Made by a program: the position numbers and the translations under genes. DNA of 64,000 bases, taken from an uncultured Planctomycetota bacterium. GTDB taxonomy: Bacteria > Planctomycetota > Planctomycetia > Isosphaerales > Isosphaeraceae. The notes below the pieces were generated by a model. That model was not told the DNA's origin, ran no database searches, and saw nothing but the letters and a program-made list of their open reading frames with translations. The stretch spans positions 640,001-704,000 of the forward strand of contig CAVTTN010000002.1 of NCBI GenBank assembly GCA_963737655.1, given 5' to 3'. Numbering within the stretch: position 1 is the stretch's first letter; each line of letters begins with the position of its first letter. This document shows positions 1-8,949 of the stretch, piece by piece.

Positions 1-451
1 GCCGATGAAGCTCCACGTCCTGGCCCGGGCCAAGCCCAAGCCCGCCAAGAAGGGCGCCCCGGCCCCCGACCCCGCCAAGGCCGGTCGGGGCGACTTCACC
101 GCCGACGTCAAGGCCCTCCTGGCCAACGACTTCGGCGCTGCCGACGGCAAGACGACCGACGAGGTCACCAAGCACTCGCAGAACCGCTTCAAGAGGCTGA
201 TCTTCCAGTCTCCCACCAACGGCGACAACATCGAGGTCTACTTCTACGATTACAATAAGAAGGAAATGGAAGTCGCCCTGATCTTCGACATCCCGCCGGC
301 CGTGAAGAAGGTCCCGATGGGCAGCCAGGCGGTGGAATTCTGCCTCGATGCCTTCGCCGCCGGCCGGAAGGCGCGAGCGTTGTTCAACGGCGGGTCCGCC
401 GAGGAGGCCGGAGGATCGCCCGCCAAGGCGACCGAAGGGCCGGCGTTCTAG
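1..451 (+). CDS. Hypothetical protein, C-terminal part (5' truncated by window)
   Basis: Frame open from the window start to TAG at 449-451; GC3-biased codons; no recognisable motif. Confidence 0.6.
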   Translation, partial: PMKLHVLARAKPKPAKKGAPAPDPAKAGRGDFTADVKALLANDFGAADGKTTDEVTKHSQNRFKRLIFQSPTNGDNIEVYFYDYNKKEMEVALIFDIPPAVKKVPMGSQAVEFCLDAFAAGRKARALFNGGSAEEAGGSPAKATEGPAF

Positions 452-597
452 GCGCGATCGCCCGGGCGGTCCGAGGATCGAACGACCCTTCCCTCGATTC
501 CGATGGCCCGGGCGTTCTGGTAGGATGGATCCCGGCGACCGCGCCGGTTCGCCCTTCGAGATCGCCGGCCGGCTCTGCCTCCAGGGACTTCGCCTCG

Positions 598-1341
598 ATG
601 AATGGATACAGCCTCGACGCCGACGACGTGTTCGTGAACGTGAACCTCAACACCGTGATGGACCTTCCCGAGGGCCGCGATACCGTCCTCCACTACTTCG
701 AGCAGATGAAGAAGGCGTACCCCGAGTTGAGGAACCTCTCGACTCGCGAGGGGGGCGATATCGTCCTCGAAGGGGACAAGGATCGCCCGAGTTACCGCTG
801 GCTCGCCCTGGAGGCCCGGCGGCTCTGCTCGGGCCACGTGAACCCCGAGGCCCTGGAAGACGCCTACGCCCAGCACGAATTGATGCTGGAAGTCGCCCCC
901 CACCTGCTGACCATCAGCGTCCTGGACTGCGAGGCCCTGGACGTCATGTACGGGTTCGACTTCACTTATGAAGGCAACCACGACGAGATCGTGGCCGAGG
1001 CGCTGGGGCTGGGGCCGTCGCTCGAATCGTTGCTGGAAGTCCCCGGCGCCCGCGTCCTCCACTTCGAGCCGTCGATGACCCTGGCCCTGGAAGAGACCTG
1101 CCGGCTCCAGTGCCGCCTGTCGATCGAGACCCGGACCAACGCCTTCCAGGTCCGCACCGGCGAGTACCCGGACGAGCAGATCAGCGTCTATTTCACCGTC
1201 CGCCAGCACTGGGGGACCGGCTCGGACCGCTCGTTCGTCGATTCCTTCCGCCGCCAGAGGGAGATCGGCGAGGAGATCGTCATGGAGCGGATCATCCCCA
1301 GGATCGTCCGGCCCCTGGCCCGAGCGATCGCCTCCCGCTGA
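598..1341 (+). CDS. Conserved planctomycete hypothetical protein
   Basis: 247-aa ORF with normal globular composition; extended -10-like TGGTAGGAT at about 518-526. Confidence 0.75.
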   Translation: MNGYSLDADDVFVNVNLNTVMDLPEGRDTVLHYFEQMKKAYPELRNLSTREGGDIVLEGDKDRPSYRWLALEARRLCSGHVNPEALEDAYAQHELMLEVAPHLLTISVLDCEALDVMYGFDFTYEGNHDEIVAEALGLGPSLESLLEVPGARVLHFEPSMTLALEETCRLQCRLSIETRTNAFQVRTGEYPDEQISVYFTVRQHWGTGSDRSFVDSFRRQREIGEEIVMERIIPRIVRPLARAIASR

Positions 1342-1364
1342 CTTTTTTCGGAAGAGGCGAGCCG

Positions 1365-2621
1365 ATGCCCCGTCTCAGCGCGTTCGCTCGCGACCTGAAG
1401 GCCGAGACGGCGTTCACCGTCCTGGCCCTCGCGCGGTCGTTGAAGGCCCGGGGCAAGGACGTCGTGGAGCTGGAGATCGGCGATAGCCCGTTCCCGACGA
1501 CCCCTCACGCCAAGGCCGCCGGGATCGCCGCCATCGAAGCCAACCACACCGGCTACGGCCCGAGCCTCGGCCTCCCCGCCTTCCGAGAGGCCGCCGCCCG
1601 GTCGCTCCGCGAGGAGTTCGGACTGGACGTGACGGCCGAGAACATCGTCGCCGGCTCGGGCGCGAAGCCGTTCGAGCAGTTCTTCGCCGAAGCCTTCCTG
1701 GAGCCCGGCGATGGCGTCCTGATCTTCGGCCCGCAGTTCCCGACCTACGCCCCGAACCTCCAGAGGCGAGGGGCCCGGCCCGTGACGGTCCCTCTGCGAC
1801 CCGAGCACGCCTTCCGCCCTCGGGCCGAGGACGTGGCCCGGTTCCTCGCCACCGACCCGAAGCCCCGGGCCGTCTTCCTCAACTCGCCGCACAACCCGAC
1901 CGGAGGCGTGGCCACCCGGGACGACCTGCGGGCCATCGCCAACGTCGTCCGGGGCACGGACCTCATGGTCTTCTCCGACGAGCCGTACTGCCACATGGTC
2001 TGGGACGGTCGGCATGAGTCGATCCTGGCCGAACCCGGGATGATCGACCATGTGGTCTCGGCCTTCACCTTCAGCAAGTCCTACAGCATGAGCGGATGGC
2101 GGATCGGCTTCGCGGCGGCCCATCCCGAGGTCGTCCGGGCCATCGGGACGATGATCAACACCACCGCCTCCTGCTCCCCTCCGTTCGTCCAGATCGCCGC
2201 GACGGCCGCCCTCGAACGGGACTCGGCCACTCGCGATGACTACATGGCCAGGTTCCGCCGCAAGGTGGATTTCCTGGCCGACGGCCTCTCGCGGATCGAG
2301 GGCATCTCCGTGGTGAAGCCGGCCGGGACGTTCTACGTCTTCCCCGACGTCCGGCCGATCTGCCGGAGGCTCGGGCTGACGTCGATGGGCGTGGCCCTCT
2401 TCCTCCTCGACGGCGCCGACGACGAGTTCGGCGTCGCCTGCCTCGGAGGCGAGTCGTTCGGCCCCGAAGGGGCAGGGTTCTTGCGGTTCAGTTGTGCCGA
2501 GGGTGACGAGCGGATCGCCCAGGCCCTCGCCTTCCTGCCCGACGCCTTGACCCGCCGCGACCGAGCGGCCCGGTTCGCCTTGGCCCACCCCCATCTCGCG
2601 ATGAAGCCGGGAGAATTGTAG
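1365..2621 (+). CDS. PLP-dependent aminotransferase class I/II (aspartate aminotransferase-like)
   Basis: Motifs LNSPHNPTG, FSDEPY, FSKSYSMSGWRIG; GAGG RBS before ATG 1365. Confidence 0.9.
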   Translation: MPRLSAFARDLKAETAFTVLALARSLKARGKDVVELEIGDSPFPTTPHAKAAGIAAIEANHTGYGPSLGLPAFREAAARSLREEFGLDVTAENIVAGSGAKPFEQFFAEAFLEPGDGVLIFGPQFPTYAPNLQRRGARPVTVPLRPEHAFRPRAEDVARFLATDPKPRAVFLNSPHNPTGGVATRDDLRAIANVVRGTDLMVFSDEPYCHMVWDGRHESILAEPGMIDHVVSAFTFSKSYSMSGWRIGFAAAHPEVVRAIGTMINTTASCSPPFVQIAATAALERDSATRDDYMARFRRKVDFLADGLSRIEGISVVKPAGTFYVFPDVRPICRRLGLTSMGVALFLLDGADDEFGVACLGGESFGPEGAGFLRFSCAEGDERIAQALAFLPDALTRRDRAARFALAHPHLAMKPGEL

Positions 2622-2643
2622 GGTCCGCAATCGCGGACCCTAC
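2618..2643. repeat. GTAG-type REP-like palindrome / bidirectional terminator between convergent genes
   Basis: GTAGGGTCCGC-AATC-GCGGACCCTAC, perfect 11-bp stem overlapping the upstream TAG. Confidence 0.7.
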
Positions 2644-2653
2644 GAAGACCCGT

Positions 2654-4129
2654 TCATGGCGCCTTCGGAATGTTGTTCATGGTGTAATAAGCTTCCTTGT
2701 GGAGCAGAGGGAGGCCCGAGGCGGACTTCACTCCGTCGAGATGGAGTTCGTGGACGTGCCCTTCCTCCAGCTTGTCCACCACCAGGCGGACGGACTTGCC
2801 GTCGGCCGAGACCTCGGCCTTCGCGATCTTCGGCTGGGTCTGATCGACCTCGGGGCTGCCGTAGCTGGCCTGATAAATATAGGTGTACGTTTCCATTTTG
2901 TAGGACTTGGGATCGCCGGCCGTCCCGGGATCGACGGGCTCGGTGAACTTGAGCTCGAAGCCGTCGGGCCGGGCGCTCATCGAGAGCACTTCGAACGGGG
3001 TTTTCCCCGTCCAGACGATCCGTTCGAGGCCCCATTCCTTGGAGCCTCGCGAGCCCCACCCGCGGTTGGTCTCGCCGACGAACATCGAGCCGTCCTTGCC
3101 GAACAGGTTCGGCACGCAGCCGCACTGGAGGCCCTGGCGGAACGGGAAGCAGGCCCCTTGATAGCGGCCGTCCACCTTCTCCAGGAACACGCGCATCTGC
3201 ATGCTCGCGAGCTGGTCGCCCACGAAGAGCTGGTCGGTGAACGGGCCGAACTTGCCGCCGGAGCGGTCGCAGGCGATCCCGGCGGCCGACTGGCCCATCT
3301 TGGGATAGGGGAAATAGACGGCGGGCGCCCTGAGCTTGGGGATCCTCTTGACCTCGACGGCCATCCGGGAGCCGGACTTCGGGCTCTCCGGCACCTGGCC
3401 GAGCTCGGGGGCCTGGTCATACCAGCGGTGGCCGTCGGGGTGGCCGACGAATGCGCCGGGTTCGAGGTATTTGATCGAGCAGGCGCCGTTCCACGGCCCC
3501 TGGTTCTCGGCATAGAACATGTCCCCGGCCGCGTTCATCCCCATGCCCCCGGGGGAGCGGAGGCCGGAGGTCGTCGGGATCGCCTTGCCCTCGGGGGTGA
3601 TCCTCAGGGCCCAGCCCCGGAACTTCGCCTCGCTGGTGAACGACCCGGTCAGGCAGAGGGCGACCCAGAGGTTGCCGTCCCGATCGAACTTCGAGCAGAA
3701 CGCGTATTCATGATAGTCGCCGGTGATCCCCCACGAGTCGCAGAACGTCTCGAACAGGTCGGCGCGGCCGTCGCCGTCCTCGTCCTTGATCCGGGAGACC
3801 TCGCCGCGTTGGGTCACATAAAGCCAGCCGTCGCGATAGGCGAGGCCGAGGATCTCGTGCATCCCGGAGGCGAACAGCTTGAACTTCGAGTCCTTCGCCG
3901 GGTCGTCGGCATAGGGGTTGGAGACCAGGTAGATCTCCCCCCGGCGGGTGCCCACGGCCAGGGTGTCGCCGGGCATCCATTCCAGGGCCCCGGCCTCCAG
4001 GACCACGTCCTTGGGCGGGGCGAAGGTGAGGACCTTGTAATAGTCCTCCTCCTTCGGGTCGGCCGCGAGTGCGGCCGGGGCGAAGATCAGGGCGGCCAGG
4101 GCCGCGATCAGCTTGGGGCCGTTCTTCAT
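2654..4129 (-). CDS. Secreted beta-propeller protein (glucose/sorbosone dehydrogenase-like, PVC family)
   Basis: Signal peptide [39 protein letters not shown] and ENQGPW motifs. Confidence 0.75.
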   Translation of the reverse strand: MKNGPKLIAALAALIFAPAALAADPKEEDYYKVLTFAPPKDVVLEAGALEWMPGDTLAVGTRRGEIYLVSNPYADDPAKDSKFKLFASGMHEILGLAYRDGWLYVTQRGEVSRIKDEDGDGRADLFETFCDSWGITGDYHEYAFCSKFDRDGNLWVALCLTGSFTSEAKFRGWALRITPEGKAIPTTSGLRSPGGMGMNAAGDMFYAENQGPWNGACSIKYLEPGAFVGHPDGHRWYDQAPELGQVPESPKSGSRMAVEVKRIPKLRAPAVYFPYPKMGQSAAGIACDRSGGKFGPFTDQLFVGDQLASMQMRVFLEKVDGRYQGACFPFRQGLQCGCVPNLFGKDGSMFVGETNRGWGSRGSKEWGLERIVWTGKTPFEVLSMSARPDGFELKFTEPVDPGTAGDPKSYKMETYTYIYQASYGSPEVDQTQPKIAKAEVSADGKSVRLVVDKLEEGHVHELHLDGVKSASGLPLLHKEAYYTMNNIPKAP

Positions 4130-4417
4130 GGGAGATGGGTCTCGAATATCGACCCCTCGGAGGCCGAGGGTTCGCAGGGTTCGTGTTGGGTTCGTCCGGT
4201 TCGGATTCCGCACCTCGCTGTTTCCCGAAGTCCTGATCTATCAGCCCTTTGGGGAAACCGCGACTGGGCTTTTCGGAAATCTGAGGATTGGAAAATCTCG
4301 GGATTCTCGGCCGAGGTCGCCGCGATCGTCGCGAGATCGGAGGGGCACGGCCAGGTCCGGCGTCCCGAAGTCATCATCGAATGATTCCGTCTCGCCGATC
4401 GTCCCTGACGGCGGACT

Positions 4418-7179
4418 TCACCACCGATACGTCTGAGTCAACCGGGCCGAGTCTCCCTCGAATTTCACCGGGACGAGCAGCTCGGCCTTGCCGCCGACTT
4501 GCCGGACGAACGGCTTGGCTCCGCCTTCGACCTTCGTGGCCCATTCGCCGTCTACGAGGTAGGAACCGTCGGGTTTGGCCTCGATCTTGTTCCCGGAGGC
4601 GGCGCGGAAGTAGAAATTCGGGCGCCGCCGGGGGCGGTCAGGGCGATGGTTCGTTTCAGGGAGGCCGATTCCTTCGCCGAGCTCGGTTTCACGGCGTCGG
4701 GCGTGTCCTCGACCTTCACCGGGCCGACTTCGTAGAGGAATGTGGGGCGGCGTTCTTTCGAGAGGCGATAGCCTCGGAAGCGGAAGCCGTTGAACTTCGC
4801 CAGGAAGCTCGGCCAGGGCTCGGTCTCGCTCTTCAGGGTGGCGAAGCTCGGGCCGTCGGCCATGGCGACGATGTTGTCGCCCATCGGCGGCTGGAACCCC
4901 TCGCCTCGGCCGGTCCAGTGTTTGGAGGCGTCCATGAACCCGCCCTGCCAGATCAGGGCGATCCGGCCCTGGTTGGCGTCGAACGCGAGGTTCGCCCCCT
5001 CGGGATAGCCGACGCCGATCCCCCGGGTGCCGGCCCCCTCGATGAACGCCCGGTAGATCACCGCTTCCTTCTCCGCGATCAGGGGGATCGGCGATCGGCC
5101 GATGCCGAAGGGCACGGTGGCGCGGTCGCCGTCGGAGAGATATTGCCAGACGGCCTCGATTTGCTTGCGGGAGTCGCCGTCGAGGATGTCGGGCAGGGCG
5201 CTCTCGGGGTTCGGCCACGACGAGGGCATCCGCGTCCCGGGCCGGTAGGCTTGCGGGTTGATCACGTAGGGGACGAACCAATCGTGGCGGAGCCTCCGGG
5301 TCATGATCGTGAGGTCCAGCGCCGGGATGCCCTGCGACTTGATCCCCCGGAAGTTGTGGCACTGGACGCACCCGAACGCCTGGGTCCCCACCAGATGCCG
5401 GCCCGTCGCCTTGATCTTCTTCTCCGGCTGGGAGAGCTCCACGGGGGGCACCGGCGCGAGCGGGTCGGCCGTCTCGAACGCCTTCGCGAGCCCTCCGACG
5501 TTCCCTCCGCCGAATTTCGGCATCCTCGTGAGCATGTAAGGACGATCCTTGGCCCCATCATTCAACACATGAGCGAGCCATTCGGCCGTGAGCTTGCCGC
5601 CCACCCCGTTGAGGTGAGGGGGGATCGTCCCTTCGTCGCCCAGGTCCTGATAGGTCGTCTGGAACGAGGCCCGCCGAGCCTCCTCGACGCCCCCGATCCC
5701 GCCCCTCTGGTGGCAGGCGTAGCAGTTGAAGGCGGTCATCGTCCGCGAGATGGTGGTCGGGACGTCGGGCGGGGCCGGGGCCCTGGCCAGGGCCCCAAGG
5801 GCCGAGCCGATCGCGGCCCTCTGGCGGTCGTCCAGCGAGTAGTTGGCGGAGGACTTCGTCGGATTCGGCGCGAGGCAGCCGGAATCGATTTTCAGGGTGG
5901 CGAGCCCGGCGGTGGTGAGCGTCGATTCGATCTTCTTGCCGTCCTTCACGAGCTGATGGCACGAGGCGCAGCCGATCGATGCGAACAGCTCCCGGCCCTT
6001 CTTCGCGAGCTCGGGGTCGGGCGTCAGTTGGTCTTTCGGGTCGGTCTCCTCCTTTGGACGCTGCTCGCGGAGCGAGACCATCGGCTCGATCGACCGCCGG
6101 CCGACGTTCCGGGTCTCGAGATCCACCGAGAGATCGGCGCCGGCCCCTCCGTTGAAGAACCCGACGACGACCTTGTGGGTCCCCCTGGCCAGCCGGACCG
6201 ATTTCGAGGAGGTTTGCGGGGGGTGGATGCCGTCATTGTCCACCACGAGCTTGTCGTCGATCCAGAGCTTCGCGCCGTCGTCGGACGTGACGTGGAAGGT
6301 GTACCGATCGTCGCGGTCGAGGTGGAGGAAGCCCTCGAAACGCAGGGCCGAGTTGTTCACTCGCGAGGCGAGGCTCAGGTCGAGGCCGATCGATTCGCCC
6401 TGCTTGACGGGTTGCAGGGTGTCGAGGTCCGGGAGCTTCTCCCAGTCCCCTTCGTAGGCGCGGAAGGCGAAATTCGGGCGGCCCTGGGCCTTCGAGTCCT
6501 TCAGGAGGTAATTCGCGAGGGCGAACGCCTCGTCTCCCTGGAGGTTCAGCGAGGGCATCCGTCCCGAGGGGCGGGCCTGATGGGGGTCGGCGAGGAAGGC
6601 GCGGAGGCTGCCCACGGTGTACTTGGCGGCGAGGTCGGGCAGGGGGGCCGAGGTGGCCAGAGGGGCCGAGTCCCCCTCGCGGGGGCCGTGGCAGGCGAGG
6701 CAGCCGACGTGCTCATAGAGCGCCCGGCCCGCATCGATCGCCCGGCGATCGACGGCCGAATCGCTCGGCGCCCCGGTCGAGGCGAGGAAGTGGACGAGGG
6801 CTTCCACGGCGTCGGCCCGCTCCTGGCCTTCGAGCCGGCCGAGGACGTCCGGCATGGTCGTCCCGGGCTTCGCGGCCGACGGCCCGGCGAGGAACGCCCG
6901 GAGGAACCCGGGCTTGACCCGCGACCCCACGGCGTCGAGCACCGGGGCCTGCTTCTTGAGCAACTGGGCGTCCTGGCCGGCGTCCGACCGGTGGCAGGAC
7001 GTGCAATTGAGCTCGCCCAGCAGGAGCAGGCCGCCGGCGACGGCGTCCGATCCGGCCTCCGAGTGGAATCGTTCGAATCCGGGCACGGCGGGGCGGCGAG
7101 GCTCGGCAGAGGAGGCGATCGGGACGAGGACGGCGAGCAGCGCGAAGGGCGCGAGGATGCGCCGGCAGGCAAGAGTCAT
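4418..7179 (-). CDS. Multiheme c-type cytochrome with PA14 domain (frameshift near 4620-4635)
   Basis: Five CxxCH motifs (CTSCH, CLACH, CASCH, CYACH, CVQCH); PA14 signature SDDGAKLWIDDKLVVDNDG; signal peptide; C-terminus (NFYFRAA...QTYRW) continues in another frame. Confidence 0.8.
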
Positions 7180-7444
7180 CCCGGAGGGTCTCCCGGAGGG
7201 GAATTCGAGCGGTTCCGCCGATTGGACCACGGACGCCGGACGTAAGCAATCCACCGTCGCTCCCGCCGCGGGGACGGTCGGATTTCTTCCTGCCGGACGG
7301 GGGGACGGGCGGCTCCCTCCGCGAAAGTGAATAGCCCTGGGTTCGCGGCCGATCGCGATTGACCGATCGGGCCGATCGGGCTACCTTCGGCGGCCCGCGC
7401 GAGGCCGCCCGGCTTCGACCCGCCACCGGAGAGGGACAGCCCAG

Positions 7445-8179
7445 ATGAGGTGGACTCTTGCGATCGTGGCCGGGGCCGTGGGGTTCGGGGCCGGGTGCGG
7501 CTCGACGAAGATGACCAGCACCCCCAGGACCGGCACGGAGATGCTCCTGCTGACCAACGCCTGGGACGAAGCCGTCCGCAAGGTCGATTTCCGCCCGCTG
7601 GCCGGCGTGCCGGTCTATCTCGATCCCCAGTACGTCGCCGCCGTCGATCAGGGTTGGGTCGTCTCCAGCCTCCGCCAGGCCATGCTCTCGCAGGGCGTCC
7701 TGCTCAAGAGCAAGCCGGAGCAGGCGCAGTGGATCGTCGAGGCGCGGGTCGGCGCGTACGGGACGGACGATTACAGCCTGCTGGTGGGCGTCCCCCAGAC
7801 GACGATTCCTTCGACGCTCCCGGGCATCCCCTCGGGCACGATCCCCGAGATCCCCCTGATCAAGCGGTCCGACCAGCACGCGCTGGCCAAGCTCGCGCTC
7901 TTCGCCTACGACCGGACCAGCGGCGGAGTGGTCTGGGAATCGGGGACGGCCCTGGCCACCTCGAACGCGAAGGATACGTTCGTCGGCGGGATCGGCCCGA
8001 TCCAGGGCGGGACGATCCGCAAGAAGAACCGCTGGATCGGCGTGAACCTGCCGATGCTCTCGGACCCCGAGCCGGTCGCCGCGCCCGATGGGCCGAGCCG
8101 ATCGTCGAAGGCCACGGGGCCGACGCCGATGGGCCTGCCCGATTCGGCCTCGGACCTCCGCTCCTTCCGGCCCGAGTAG
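7445..8179 (+). CDS. Lipoprotein, DUF6655-like
   Basis: Lipobox-like GAGC followed by TPRTGTEMLLL; VEARVGAYGTD. Confidence 0.7.
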   Translation: MRWTLAIVAGAVGFGAGCGSTKMTSTPRTGTEMLLLTNAWDEAVRKVDFRPLAGVPVYLDPQYVAAVDQGWVVSSLRQAMLSQGVLLKSKPEQAQWIVEARVGAYGTDDYSLLVGVPQTTIPSTLPGIPSGTIPEIPLIKRSDQHALAKLALFAYDRTSGGVVWESGTALATSNAKDTFVGGIGPIQGGTIRKKNRWIGVNLPMLSDPEPVAAPDGPSRSSKATGPTPMGLPDSASDLRSFRPE

Positions 8180-8259
8180 GGCGGGGGCGATCGGCCCTCG
8201 TCCATCGCGGGGAATGCGTGCGGCGGCCCGCCCCGGCCCTACGGGATCGGGCCCCGATC

Positions 8260-8268
8260 TGGTAGAAT
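8260..8268 (+). promoter_or_regulatory. Extended -10 promoter element upstream of apt
   Basis: TG-G-TAGAAT about 50 bp before ATG 8321. Confidence 0.45.
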
Positions 8269-8320
8269 CCTTCCGGCCTTCGCGGGCCGAGACGGGACGC
8301 ACGCCGCATCGGAGCCTCGC

Positions 8321-8850
8321 ATGCTGCCCGAGCCGATCGAACTTCGCGACTACATCCGCGACATCCCGGACTTCCCCAAGCCGGGCATCCTGTTCAAGGA
8401 CATCACGCCCCTCCTCGGCCATCCCGAGGCGTTCCGAGACGCCGTGGACCGGCTGGCCCGGGCCTTCGCCGACCAGAGGCTCGACGCGATCGCCGCGGCC
8501 GAGGCCCGAGGTTTCATCTTCGGGGCCCCCTGGCCCTGGCCTTGAACGTCGGCTTCGTGCCGATCCGCAAGCCGGGCAAGCTGCCCTACGCCACGATCGC
8601 GATGGAGTACCAGCTCGAATACGGGAGCGACCGGCTGGAGGTCCACAGCGACGCCCTGAAGCCCGGCGCCCGGGTCCTCCTGCTCGACGACGTCCTGGCG
8701 ACCGGGGGGACGATGCGGGCCTGCATCGACCTGATCGAGCAGGCCGGGGCGGAGGTCGCCGCCTGCGCCTTCGTCCTGGAGCTGGACGTCCTCAAGGGCC
8801 GGGAGAAGCTCGCCCCCCACGAGGTCTTCAGCCTGCTCCGCTACGCGTAG
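8321..8850 (+). CDS. apt: Adenine phosphoribosyltransferase (frameshift in C run at about 8526-8530)
   Basis: [34 protein letters not shown] and DDVLATGGT split over two frames. Confidence 0.93.
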
Positions 8851-8893
8851 GGTGCATGCAATGCACCGTCGAGTCGGGCGGGTGAAACCCGCC
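8847..8893. repeat. GTAG-type REP copy plus second hairpin
   Basis: GTAGGGTGCATGCAATGCACC (8847-8867), near-identical to copies at 38899 and 62286; followed by GGCGGGTGAAACCCGCC. Confidence 0.75.
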
Positions 8894-8949
8894 AACAGGC
8901 GGTGGCCGAAGGCCGCCCACCGATCAGGACGGGCCTGCGTGAGGTCGGC

